A stretch of DNA of 46,454 nt, from sequence record MF158038. One strand, 5' to 3'. The stretch comes from Shigella phage Sf11 SMD-2017. Both the position numbers and the translations under genes were made by a program. This document shows positions 1 to 8,738 of this stretch, piece by piece. The stretch's first letter is position 1. Every line of letters starts with the position of its first letter. Under the pieces are notes generated by a model, which was not told the DNA's origin, searched no databases, and saw only the letters and a list, made by a program, of their open reading frames with translations.

Positions 1-335
1 TTTTTTTGCTCGGGAAGCGAACACCTAAATTACTGATTTTGCTTAATATTGGCTTCCCGAGAATTTTTCTCATTTACCTATATACTATTGAAAGATAAAG
101 GAAAAATTAATCTCTGAAATATTAATACGCTTTTTCGGGAAGCGTGTCAACTCAGGAGGTAAAGTATGTAGGTTGCTATTAAGTGTTTCTTCGTGTGCTT
201 GCTGAATTATAGAAAAGTTGATATATTAAATTGAGTTTACTGTTGATTGATTGTCTGGAGGTTGTCATGTACAGGTTTGGTAGCGCAATGGCTGAGGTGT
301 ATGAGTTTGTTAGCGGGATGTCGATTGGAGAGGTG
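1..335. repeat. Left copy of 335-bp exact direct terminal repeat (identical to 46120..46454)
   Basis: Bases 1..335 match the last 335 bases of the window exactly; AT-rich non-coding context with CGGGAAGCG-type repeats. Confidence 0.9.
199..227 (+). promoter_or_regulatory. Candidate sigma70 promoter for rightward early operon (TTGCTG-N17-TATATT)
   Basis: -35-like ttgctg at 199-204 and -10 tatatt at 222-227 with 17-bp spacer, upstream of the first plus-strand gene. Confidence 0.4.
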
Positions 336-482
336 CGATTTTTTGTGGTAGATGATTTCCGTGCCAATAACAGTATTGAAAAATTCAGGGCGAGCCTGTG
401 CTGTGTTGCGAAAGATAATTCGTGGCTTTTTGTAACCAGAAAGATGGAAGAAGGCGAAGTGTCTGTTCGGAGAATTAAATGA
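231..482 (+). CDS. Hypothetical early protein (likely start at ATG 258 after a GGAGG RBS)
   Basis: ORF track; ctggaggttgtcATG at 258; first gene of the plus-strand early block. Confidence 0.5.
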   Translation: MSLLLIDCLEVVMYRFGSAMAEVYEFVSGMSIGEVRFFVVDDFRANNSIEKFRASLCCVAKDNSWLFVTRKMEEGEVSVRRIK

Positions 483-2812
483 TGATTGGTTATGAAGATT
501 ACCGCAAATGTGGCTTCCCTATTATTGGAATCCATGCAATGGATATCGACCGCAATTGCACATGCGGTGATCCAGAATGCAATGCTGCCGGTAAGCATCC
601 GGTTATGAGTAACTGGCAGCTTGGAGTTATATGGGCTGATGACCAGATTGAAAATATGGCTGAATATGGTCAATTGCAGTCATTCGGTGTCCTTGTGAAT
701 GGTTATCTGGTAGTTGATATTGATCCACGCAACGGAGGTAATGATGGATATGAATCACTTTGTGATGCCTTAGACGTAGAGCTTGCTGACGAAGCTGGCT
801 TTACTGTTAAGACTGGTGGTGGTGGTCGCCACATCTATTACAAACTTCCTGAAGGAATAAAGCTGCGCTCTCATGACAGAAGGTTTAAGGGTATTGACTT
901 TAAATCATCTGGTTTTGTTGTTGGCTGCGGCTCATTCCATAAGTCAGGTAACTTTTATGAAGCTGAGCATGGCTCCCCTTCAGAGATAACTGAATGTCCA
1001 TCTGAACTTATTGAGCTTTTGTCGCGCCCTGAGAGAACGGAAGACGAAGTTTTCACGCTTGATAGTAAAAATTACAGCATTGCCGAAATGGAGGATATGC
1101 TCAAATACATCAAAGATGGTGATGAGTATGACCCATGGCTTCATGTAGGTATGGCTATCCACGAAGCTACAGAAGGCAATGGTTTTGAGCTTTGGGATAG
1201 ATGGTCATCGCAGTTCAGCAAATACAGAGCTGAAGAGATGGACGCAAAATGGCATTCCTTTGGAAAGGACGGTGTTAGCGAAAAGATAACAGAAGCAACG
1301 CTGGTTTATCTCGCGCAAGAGGGAGGGTGGGTAAGGCAAGTAACTTTTGAGGCTACGCCAGAGGAAATTGAGAAACTTGAGTCTTTCGAACGAGAGATGG
1401 CAATGGGTGTTGGTGAATGCCCTGTAGAGTACAAAAGTGTTGATGTCCGTTATCCCCCTGGATTTGTTGGTCGCCTTACGGCGTGGATTAATAAGAACTG
1501 TGCAGAGAAGCGAGAGAACATTGCAGCACTTGCCGCATTGCATGCCGCATCCATGATTTGCGGAGCGTCATCTGATATTTATCTTACAAACAGGAAAGCC
1601 TTACCAAACCTGTTTGCTGTTGGCATAGCTGGTTCAGGTTCAGGTAAGGGTGATGTCCTTGCTGCGCTACAAAAGATAATTGATTGCTCAGGATTGAGTA
1701 AGACAGTTGCCGGTAAGATACGTTCAGAGCGTGCGATATATGAAGGTCTTTGCGCTAACCAGATGTTTAATATCATCATGGATGAGATTGGGATAAAACT
1801 TGGTAGTGTTGTTGGTCAGAAAGTAAGCGAGTACAACATGGCAACCGCTGGTGCAATCATGGAGGCTTACACGTCAGAAGTTCTTTATTGTGACCAGCGG
1901 GTTACTGAGGATTTCATTAAGTCTTTCGAAAAGAGAAAGGCTATGCTGTTGATGGCTATTGAGGAAAATGAGATACAGGCAGACCCAGTTGACATTAAGT
2001 GTCAGTTTGATGATGTGATAAACAGAATTGATGGAGCTATAAGGAATCCATTTTTTTCAATCTTTGGTGTGTCTACTGATGATCAGTTTAAGCGACTTAT
2101 CACTGAAGAAAACATTAAGTCAGGTCTTATGGGTCGCGCAATGATTATGCAGGAGTTGCAGGAGATTGCTGACGAAAACGAAAACGTTAACTACTGTGAT
2201 CTACCTATGGATATGCAACTGACCATAAAAACAATAATAAATGGCGGAACGGCTGGGCACAAAAACTGGACAGACTCAATAATCAGTCAAAAAGAAAGAC
2301 GGATTATAAAAGCTACGCCTGAAGTTTCTCAGCTCGCTAAGGAGTTCTTCTCATGGATTAAAACCGTTGCAAGAAAGCATGTAGAAAATGGTACTGGTTA
2401 TCACCCATTGATAAACAGATGCGCCGTGAAGGTGGCAAAGATTGCTGGCATTCTCGCGTGCGATACTGGCGTCATAACCATGGAGCACTTGAGGTATGCG
2501 GTAGCATTAACAATTAAATCAACAAGCGATCTGATGATGCGTGCTGACAGTATCGCCGGAGCGAAGTCTAAAGCTATGGAAGAAAGAATTGAAGGTATTT
2601 TCTCCATGGTTAAAGAATATGTGAAGCGTGGAATGACCAAAACAGCAATGGTTAGAGGGGTAGCAAAAGAAGGTGGGTATAAACGTGCTGATGTCGAGAG
2701 GTGCGTAGAGAAGTTGTTATCAGATGGTATTATTTGCATTGATGAAAATGCAAAAAGAACATCTCACAACGTAATAATTTACAAATTAACAAATGATGAG
2801 GTTGAGATATGA
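479..2812 (+). CDS. DNA primase-polymerase (AEP prim-pol N-terminal domain, PriCT-like middle, P-loop NTPase/helicase-like C-terminal domain)
   Basis: 777-aa ORF; prim-pol-like motifs (LVVDIDPRNGG, GGGRHIYY, GIDFKSSGFVV), W..W..KW.SF primase C-terminal motif, Walker A GIAGSGSGKGD. Confidence 0.8.
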   Translation: MMIGYEDYRKCGFPIIGIHAMDIDRNCTCGDPECNAAGKHPVMSNWQLGVIWADDQIENMAEYGQLQSFGVLVNGYLVVDIDPRNGGNDGYESLCDALDVELADEAGFTVKTGGGGRHIYYKLPEGIKLRSHDRRFKGIDFKSSGFVVGCGSFHKSGNFYEAEHGSPSEITECPSELIELLSRPERTEDEVFTLDSKNYSIAEMEDMLKYIKDGDEYDPWLHVGMAIHEATEGNGFELWDRWSSQFSKYRAEEMDAKWHSFGKDGVSEKITEATLVYLAQEGGWVRQVTFEATPEEIEKLESFEREMAMGVGECPVEYKSVDVRYPPGFVGRLTAWINKNCAEKRENIAALAALHAASMICGASSDIYLTNRKALPNLFAVGIAGSGSGKGDVLAALQKIIDCSGLSKTVAGKIRSERAIYEGLCANQMFNIIMDEIGIKLGSVVGQKVSEYNMATAGAIMEAYTSEVLYCDQRVTEDFIKSFEKRKAMLLMAIEENEIQADPVDIKCQFDDVINRIDGAIRNPFFSIFGVSTDDQFKRLITEENIKSGLMGRAMIMQELQEIADENENVNYCDLPMDMQLTIKTIINGGTAGHKNWTDSIISQKERRIIKATPEVSQLAKEFFSWIKTVARKHVENGTGYHPLINRCAVKVAKIAGILACDTGVITMEHLRYAVALTIKSTSDLMMRADSIAGAKSKAMEERIEGIFSMVKEYVKRGMTKTAMVRGVAKEGGYKRADVERCVEKLLSDGIICIDENAKRTSHNVIIYKLTNDEVEI

Positions 2813-3231
2813 TTAATTACAAGTATCTGGTGATGAGAGGTTTGTATGACTATTTTGAGTCAGAAAATCCTGAGCGCGCACACGATAACGCAATATCCAT
2901 GATGACAGGAAAGCACCTGATGGAAGTTTACTACTGGAAAATGCCTGTATTCCGCTGCAATATGGGTATCTGCATTGATGATGACGTACTGTTTTGTCGA
3001 ATACAATATGAAAACAATGTTGGCATAGTGACAGCGTCGTACAGGGATGTTGCAAGGAAATCCGGAAACTGGCATCCAAGCGAAGTATTTGCTGGTGACG
3101 CACTATTTAATTTCTGCAAGGCGTTTGGTGTTTTGTATGAGGATGTAAGCAAAGAGTATAGCGGAAGGCGTGAGAAAGATAGCTTGAGTTCCAAGGGTGT
3201 GATTAACTACAAGGATAAAAACCATGTGTAA
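2809..3231 (+). CDS. Hypothetical protein
   Basis: ORF track; start overlaps primase stop (ATGA), consistent with operon coupling. Confidence 0.5.
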   Translation: MINYKYLVMRGLYDYFESENPERAHDNAISMMTGKHLMEVYYWKMPVFRCNMGICIDDDVLFCRIQYENNVGIVTASYRDVARKSGNWHPSEVFAGDALFNFCKAFGVLYEDVSKEYSGRREKDSLSSKGVINYKDKNHV

Positions 3232-3427
3232 CACAATGAGAACAATATCAGGCGAACTTTGTCGCTCAGAAGGTTCATGGCATTTCATGCCGAATGGTTA
3301 TTCGCCATGGTTTTTCTGGAGCGGGATTAACAAAGCATGGATTCTATCTAATTACCACGTGATTGATGATTACTGGCACAGATTTTGTGTTGGTTATGTT
3401 GATATTTCAAAATTGATGATTAAGTGA
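3224..3427 (+). CDS. Hypothetical protein
   Basis: ORF track; tight packing within the early operon. Confidence 0.4.
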   Translation: MCNTMRTISGELCRSEGSWHFMPNGYSPWFFWSGINKAWILSNYHVIDDYWHRFCVGYVDISKLMIK

Positions 3428-3437
3428 GGATAAGAAA

Positions 3438-3695
3438 ATGAATGTGAAAGATAAAGTTTTATACGTGATGAGAAAGAGAAAATCCATTGAGGAGGAGACA
3501 CTTGGGATTTGTCGCAAGTTCTCCGTGGCTACGTGGAATCTCCGTCTATCGATGGTGAATGAATTTCCTGATGATGAATGGACAACAGCAAAGTTACGGA
3601 AGGTTCTGATTTCTCTTTGTAAGGATGGCATTGTATCAAAGGATTTAAATAACAGTCGCATTGGTAATTCAGTTTGGATTCTGGAGGAAAACTGA
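3438..3695 (+). CDS. Hypothetical protein
   Basis: ORF track; RBS-like aggataagaaaATG. Confidence 0.45.
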   Translation: MNVKDKVLYVMRKRKSIEEETLGICRKFSVATWNLRLSMVNEFPDDEWTTAKLRKVLISLCKDGIVSKDLNNSRIGNSVWILEEN

Positions 3696-3976
3696 TGGCT
3701 AACTTGCAACTTGCCGTCAAAGGCGAATACTTCGATGCCATGATTCGTGGAGAGAAAACGGAAGAGTATCGCCTGTGCAATGACTACTGGAATAAACGAA
3801 TTATGTTCCGGGAATATGACCGCCTGATTATCACAAAGGGATATCCGAAGCGCGACGATTCCAGTCGAAGAATTGATGTTCTGTATGGCGGATATGAAAT
3901 CAAGACAATCACACACCCCCACTTCGGCGATAAACCGGTAAAGGTATACGCAATAAAAGTTAACATCAAAGCATAA
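3674..3976 (+). CDS. ASCH-domain protein (likely start ATG 3695)
   Basis: Contains ASCH-like GxKxxExR motif (RGEKTEEYR) near the N-terminus; about 93 aa from the ATG at 3695. Confidence 0.6.
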   Translation: MDSGGKLMANLQLAVKGEYFDAMIRGEKTEEYRLCNDYWNKRIMFREYDRLIITKGYPKRDDSSRRIDVLYGGYEIKTITHPHFGDKPVKVYAIKVNIKA

Positions 3977-3978
3977 CA

Positions 3979-4001
3979 AAAAGCCCGCAAACGCGGGCTT
4001 T
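3979..4001. terminator. Bidirectional intrinsic terminator (agcccgcaaacgcgggct + T-run)
   Basis: GC hairpin flanked by A-run and T-run between convergent genes. Confidence 0.7.
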
Positions 4002-4002
4002 A

Positions 4003-4287
4003 TTATTTAACAATCCATTTTGTAACAGCTGGCCTTAAATCTTCCTTTCTGAAGAGTCCACCAGTAAGTTTTTCGGCATCAATTGCTGCTGTAGCGCTAA
4101 TTCTTCCCCTTGACACCCACTGATTGACAGCCTGTTTTGACACACCAAGAAACCTTGCTAGTTGTGATTGCCCTCCAACATAATCAATCAGCTCTGATAG
4201 CTTCGTCTGTTCCATTTCTCTTATCTGTTCTGCGATGCTTTTCATGTGTTTACCTCTGCTATCTGTATGCAGCAATAATGAACTCAA
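4003..4287 (-). CDS. HTH (Cro/CI-type) DNA-binding regulator; probable start at 4245
   Basis: Small protein with helix-turn-helix-like segment (QSQLARFLGVSKQAVNQWVSRGR); only minus-strand gene in the early block; own promoter 4275-4303. Confidence 0.7.
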   Translation of the reverse strand: MSSLLLHTDSRGKHMKSIAEQIREMEQTKLSELIDYVGGQSQLARFLGVSKQAVNQWVSRGRISATAAIDAEKLTGGLFRKEDLRPAVTKWIVK

Positions 4288-4303
4288 AAAAAATTTTCGT
4301 CAA
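4275..4303 (-). promoter_or_regulatory. Candidate promoter for the Cro-like gene (TTGACG-N17-CATTAT), divergent from the plus-strand TTGACG at 4325
   Basis: cgtcaa at 4298-4303 and ataatg at 4275-4280 on plus strand give a minus-strand -35/-10 pair with 17-bp spacer; inverted TTGACG copies 22 bp apart. Confidence 0.45.
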
Positions 4304-4379
4304 GGTATTGCGTTTACCATCACGTTGACGTATCTTTAAGTCACACCAGCGATATGCTGAGTTAAATCGAGAGGACACT

Positions 4380-5222
4380 ATGAGCTTATCAATGATTCAA
4401 AAACCAAAACCAGCTGCACCAATCATAACATTGGTTGGTACTCCAGGTGTAGGCAAGACAACTCTTGCTGCGCTATTCCCAAACCCAGTGTTTATTCAGG
4501 CTGAAGAGATCACTGGTGTTTTTGACGACTGGGATGATGAAAAGAAACCAGATTCATTTCCTGTACTGAAGCGAGCTGATGCTAAACGCAAAACAAGCAC
4601 AAAGGATGATTTGCTGTCACAGCTACGCGCATTAATTACTGAGGAACATAATTACAAAACGCTTGTAATTGACTCAATCACAAGCCTGCATTCAATGTTT
4701 GAGCATGAGGTTTGTGAAAACTACGGTGTTGACAATGTGGGTTCTGCGGCTGGTGGTTACAACAAAGGATATATTGTTGTTTCTGAAATGCACGCTGAAA
4801 TAATAAATGCATGTAAGTATCTTCGCAAAGAAAAAGGGATGAGCATTATTTATCTTGCACACGCAGGTGTTAAAAAGATGAAGAATCGCCCTGATGCTGA
4901 TGAATACACCGTTTACACACTTGACATGCATGACGCTTCAGTTTCTGGTTATGTGAATCTGAGTGATGCTGTTATTTACATCAGGAATGAGGAGTTTGTG
5001 AAAGGGACTGAGACTGATAAGAAAGGGCAAGTCACCAAGTTTGGGAAGGTTGTTCAGACTGGTCAGCGAGTTCTTATTACCTCTGGCGACGGTCGGGTTG
5101 GATATGTTAATGCAAAAAACAGATACAACCTTGAGCCTGAAATTCCTTTTGAAAAAGGTGAGAACCCACTTTTGAGTGATATTAAATATTATGCATCTCT
5201 ACGAGATAACCAAACAGCTTAA
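4380..5222 (+). CDS. Sak4-like RecA-fold AAA ATPase (recombination/annealing-associated)
   Basis: Walker A GTPGVGKTT near N-terminus, about 280 aa, followed by Gp157-like and SSB-like genes. Confidence 0.7.
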   Translation: MSLSMIQKPKPAAPIITLVGTPGVGKTTLAALFPNPVFIQAEEITGVFDDWDDEKKPDSFPVLKRADAKRKTSTKDDLLSQLRALITEEHNYKTLVIDSITSLHSMFEHEVCENYGVDNVGSAAGGYNKGYIVVSEMHAEIINACKYLRKEKGMSIIYLAHAGVKKMKNRPDADEYTVYTLDMHDASVSGYVNLSDAVIYIRNEEFVKGTETDKKGQVTKFGKVVQTGQRVLITSGDGRVGYVNAKNRYNLEPEIPFEKGENPLLSDIKYYASLRDNQTA

Positions 5223-5670
5223 TGAACTGCTGGCGATGGAGGATATTCCACGGGATCAGATTGAAGATACCATCAATCTTATTGAAGAGGAGTTTGAAGG
5301 AAAGGCTGAAATGGTCGCTGCTTACATTCGTGAGCTTGAAGCTGATGAAGCTGGACTTAAATCCGAGATTGACCGTCTTTCTGAGCGTAAGCGTGTTTTA
5401 GTTGCTAAGATTGATAACCTTAAAGATTATCTTCGTCAGAACATGATGGCGTCAGGAAAGACAAACATCAAAGGTAAGTTGTTCAGTATCACGCTTGGAA
5501 AACCATCACCAGTTCTTGATGTGTTTGTCCCTGTTGAGCAGCTTCCTGAGCAGTACCGCGTTGTGAAAGTGTCGGCAGATAACGCAGCAATTAAAAATGC
5601 GATAAAAGCCGGGATTGAAATTAATGGTTGCGCCATCACCGACGGCAAACCGAAACTGATCATCAAATAA
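5176..5670 (+). CDS. Siphovirus Gp157-like protein (likely start 5191)
   Basis: About 160-aa coiled-coil-rich protein immediately after Sak4-like ATPase, the typical module arrangement. Confidence 0.55.
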   Translation: MILNIMHLYEITKQLNELLAMEDIPRDQIEDTINLIEEEFEGKAEMVAAYIRELEADEAGLKSEIDRLSERKRVLVAKIDNLKDYLRQNMMASGKTNIKGKLFSITLGKPSPVLDVFVPVEQLPEQYRVVKVSADNAAIKNAIKAGIEINGCAITDGKPKLIIK

Positions 5671-6209
5671 ATCGAGAGGACACAAAAATGGGTTTCTGGA
5701 ATCTTTCTGACGGTAAAGCTGTTGAATCTAAATCTGAATTTGAACTGGGTGGTGGTTTCGAAGTAATTCCTGATGGTAGCCGCGTTCTTGCTGCCGTTGA
5801 AGAATGTAAAGACGACCAGTGGGAAGGTGAGCGATTCTTCAATCTTAAGTGGCGAATCCTTGAGGGTGAGTATAAAAATCGCATCATCTTTCAGAAGCTG
5901 AAGGTATTTAGTTCAAAAGAGAAACAGCGTGATAATGCTATCACTATGCTTGCAGCAATTGACGCAAACGCTGGTGGTAAGCTGATGGCATCAGGGAAAG
6001 AGCCGACTGATTTTGCTATTGCCAGCGCGCTTGCAAATCGCCCGATGATTCTTCTTCTGCGCGTTTGGGAGTCTGAGGATAAGCAAAAAACTGGCAACTA
6101 TGTGGCTGGTGTTTTCAGTCGTCAACAGACAAAAGCAGCGCCTGCTCCTAAGCAATCAGCGCCATCTAACGAGCCGCCGATGGACTTCGACGACGACATT
6201 CCGTTTTAA
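5628..6209 (+). CDS. SSB-like protein carrying a host-type SSB C-terminal acidic tip (PPMDFDDDIPF); likely start ATG 5688
   Basis: C-terminus ...SAPSNEPPMDFDDDIPF matches the conserved E. coli SSB tip; RBS tcgagaggacac upstream of ATG 5688. Confidence 0.7.
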   Translation: MRHHRRQTETDHQINREDTKMGFWNLSDGKAVESKSEFELGGGFEVIPDGSRVLAAVEECKDDQWEGERFFNLKWRILEGEYKNRIIFQKLKVFSSKEKQRDNAITMLAAIDANAGGKLMASGKEPTDFAIASALANRPMILLLRVWESEDKQKTGNYVAGVFSRQQTKAAPAPKQSAPSNEPPMDFDDDIPF

Positions 6210-6220
6210 TTTAGATTGTA

Positions 6221-8131
6221 ATGACAGGGCCATTCGTGGCCCTTTTTATTCGAGAGGACACTATGAAAGTACAGCTTAGAACATACCAACAAGAAGCTGT
6301 TGATTCTGTTATAGGTCATATTCGTTCAAGCGTTTCATCGTGCATGATCATCTTGCCTACAGGGTCTGGAAAAAGCGTTGTTGTTGCATCAATCGCCGAT
6401 TGGGTATTTAAAAATACTGGAAAGCGCGTTCTGTGTGTTGCACCAACAAGCGAGTTAGTTGTTCAAAACAGGCAGCGGTATCTTTCTCTAACAGGAGAGC
6501 CAGCCAGCATGTTCAGTGCAAAGGCTGGACCAAAAAACCTGCGTCATCCGGTGGTGTTTGGTTCACCAGTTACAATCAAGAACTCAATAGAGATGTTTGG
6601 TGATAAGTATGGCGCTGTCATTATTGATGAATGTGATGGAATAACACCAACCATTAAATTTATTATTAATGAAATGAAGCGTCGCAATCCAAAACTGCGT
6701 GTTATTGGAATGACCGCTACTCCTTATCGCCTTGGAACTGGATACATCTACAAAGAGCACTATTTAGACGGTCCCACAGATGAAGAAACGGCAATTGACC
6801 CATATTACGACAAAGTCGTTTATGAGCTTGAGGCTAAATTCCTCATTGAACACGGATACCTTACGCCGCCAGTTACAGAGCCTGTTTTTGATGAATATGA
6901 TACGTCTTGTCTTGAAAAGGATAAGTTGGGTCGTTACACGACAGCTTCAGTTGAAAAGGCAATGGTTGGAAAAGGAAGGAAAACATCACGTATTGTTGAA
7001 GATATTATCCGTCGCTCTGTTAATCGGCGCGGAACGATGATTTTTGCCAGCACCAAGAAACACGCTATGGAGATAATGGAGTCACTTCCTCCCGGTTCTT
7101 ATAGTTATGTTTTTGGTGATATGCCGACAGCGGAACGCAATAAGGCAATATCAGACTTCAAGACGCAAAAAGTTAAATACATCGTCAACCAGAATATCCT
7201 TACTGTAGGGGTTGATGTTCCTCATTGTGATCACATAGCAGTAATGAGAGCCACAGAATCACCAAGGCTCTACCAGCAAATAATTGGCAGGGGGACGCGT
7301 CTTTATGAAGGAAAGGAAGATTTTCTTGTCAGCGATTACGCAGGCAACATCCAGCGCCACTTTTCCGAGACTGGGGACTTGTTTACTCCAGAAATAAAAG
7401 CAACAAGGAAAAAACCATCAGTGCCAATGGATGTAAAATGCCCGTTATGTGGTTTTATCAATGAATTTGGCGTGCGCCCAAATCCGGAAAATCTGGAAGT
7501 TGACAAAGAAGGTTACTGGCTTGATTTGGCTGGTGACAGAGTGATGATTGATATTTTTGATAAGTCAGGTGAAAAAATTGGAAGCAAGCCTATGCCTGCT
7601 CATTTTGGCAGAAGATGTAAAAACTACGTTATGCAAGGTCCACTAAGGGAAATGCACAGATGTACTTATAAATGGTCGGTAAAAGAGTGTCCTGATTGTG
7701 GGTTTGAAAATGATATAGCAGCAAGAAATTGCACATCATGCGGAGCTGAAATCATTGACCCCAATCAAAAGCTAAAGGAAGAAGCTGACAGGCTTGATTC
7801 TTCTCCTTATGCAACCAAGCAATCAAGCGTAACTATGATGAACATTATGAAGCATTACGTTTCAAGTGGCGAGGATTTGGTGCACGTAAAATTTGCTATT
7901 GAACAGAAGCCATTTTTTGTTAGCAAGTTCTACAATCCAAACTCTGAGAAGGAATGGATGAAGAAGGAGTGGGAAGAGTTTTGCGGTAAGTGCTTTGGTG
8001 AATCCGATATGTCAATTGATGATGCAATAGCAAAAAGAGATGAAGCTGTCGCACCATCGGTGATCATGTTCAGAAGAGATAAAGGAAGTAAATATTTCAA
8101 CGTTAAAGGCATGTATTGGGGGGTATTATGA
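6221..8131 (+). CDS. SF2 (DEAD/DEAH-type) helicase with C-terminal zinc ribbons; likely start ATG 6263
   Basis: Motifs LPTGSGKS (Walker A), IIDECD (DExD), TATP, QQIIGRGTR; three CxxC...CxxC pairs in the C-terminal region. Confidence 0.8.
   Translation: MTGPFVALFIREDTMKVQLRTYQQEAVDSVIGHIRSSVSSCMIILPTGSGKSVVVASIADWVFKNTGKRVLCVAPTSELVVQNRQRYLSLTGEPASMFSAKAGPKNLRHPVVFGSPVTIKNSIEMFGDKYGAVIIDECDGITPTIKFIINEMKRRNPKLRVIGMTATPYRLGTGYIYKEHYLDGPTDEETAIDPYYDKVVYELEAKFLIEHGYLTPPVTEPVFDEYDTSCLEKDKLGRYTTASVEKAMVGKGRKTSRIVEDIIRRSVNRRGTMIFASTKKHAMEIMESLPPGSYSYVFGDMPTAERNKAISDFKTQKVKYIVNQNILTVGVDVPHCDHIAVMRATESPRLYQQIIGRGTRLYEGKEDFLVSDYAGNIQRHFSETGDLFTPEIKATRKKPSVPMDVKCPLCGFINEFGVRPNPENLEVDKEGYWLDLAGDRVMIDIFDKSGEKIGSKPMPAHFGRRCKNYVMQGPLREMHRCTYKWSVKECPDCGFENDIAARNCTSCGAEIIDPNQKLKEEADRLDSSPYATKQSSVTMMNIMKHYVSSGEDLVHVKFAIEQKPFFVSKFYNPNSEKEWMKKEWEEFCGKCFGESDMSIDDAIAKRDEAVAPSVIMFRRDKGSKYFNVKGMYWGVL
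6226..6250 (+). terminator. Intrinsic terminator (gggccattcgtggccc + T-run)
   Basis: GC hairpin followed by tttttatt. Confidence 0.6.
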
Positions 8132-8583
8132 TTTTTCCAGAAGGCATTAAGGTATATGGAAATTTAGATTACAGGAACAAAAAGTGTCCGTCAGAAGATG
8201 CTGAACTGGAGACTTTTGTCAATCAGATAAGGAAGCTATATCCTGACTTTGCAAGAGTTATGATTCATGTGCCAAATGAAGGAAAGCGTAAAGGGTATGA
8301 AGTTGAAAACCTGAAGAAAAAAGGCTCGCTAAACTTCGGGGCGTCAGACATCATTATCATCGGAAAGCAATCATTCGTTATGGAGATGAAGAGAATGGAT
8401 CATACTTTATCAAAATGGCAGCCCGGTCAAATGGCATACCTTAAGGCAGCAAAAGAATTAGGTTCCTTCGCGTGTGTATGCCTTGGTTGGGAAGCTGCAA
8501 TAATGGCATTTAACGACTGGAGAGCAATGAATTACCCAAACTATAAAAAAACATCAGATCCATTGATATTTGATGGTTTTTAA
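8116..8583 (+). CDS. VRR-NUC domain nuclease
   Basis: Motifs HVPNEGKRKG, GASDIIIIGK and EMK consistent with the VRR-NUC / PD-(D/E)xK fold. Confidence 0.7.
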   Translation: MGGIMIFPEGIKVYGNLDYRNKKCPSEDAELETFVNQIRKLYPDFARVMIHVPNEGKRKGYEVENLKKKGSLNFGASDIIIIGKQSFVMEMKRMDHTLSKWQPGQMAYLKAAKELGSFACVCLGWEAAIMAFNDWRAMNYPNYKKTSDPLIFDGF

Positions 8584-8700
8584 CAGCCACGCCAGCAATC
8601 AGGCCAACAACCGCAACGACAACAACAGCCGCCAAAACAACAAGTCCCACAAGGAGGCAATGAGCCCCCAATGGACTTCGACGACGACATTCCGTTCTGA
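8584..8700 (+). other. In-frame extension after the VRR-NUC TAA stop that encodes a Q/P-rich linker plus SSB C-terminal tip (…GGNEPPMDFDDDIPF*)
   Basis: Direct translation of 8584..8700 in the VRR-NUC frame; 26 nt (atggacttcgacgacgacattccgtt) identical to the 3' end of the SSB-like gene at 6184-6209. Confidence 0.6.
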
Positions 8701-8707
8701 TGATAAA

Positions 8708-8735
8708 ACTAACCCCGCCGAAGCGGGGTTTATTG
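8708..8735. terminator. Bidirectional terminator between early operon and tailspike gene (aaccccgccgaagcggggtt)
   Basis: GC hairpin with flanking A/T runs between convergent genes. Confidence 0.7.
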
Positions 8736-8738
8736 TTG

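Noticed and set aside
179-673. 164-aa minus-strand ORF overlapping the start of the primase gene
   Set aside because: Antisense to a well-supported coding region and spans the promoter/RBS of the early operon; no RBS or recognisable motif.
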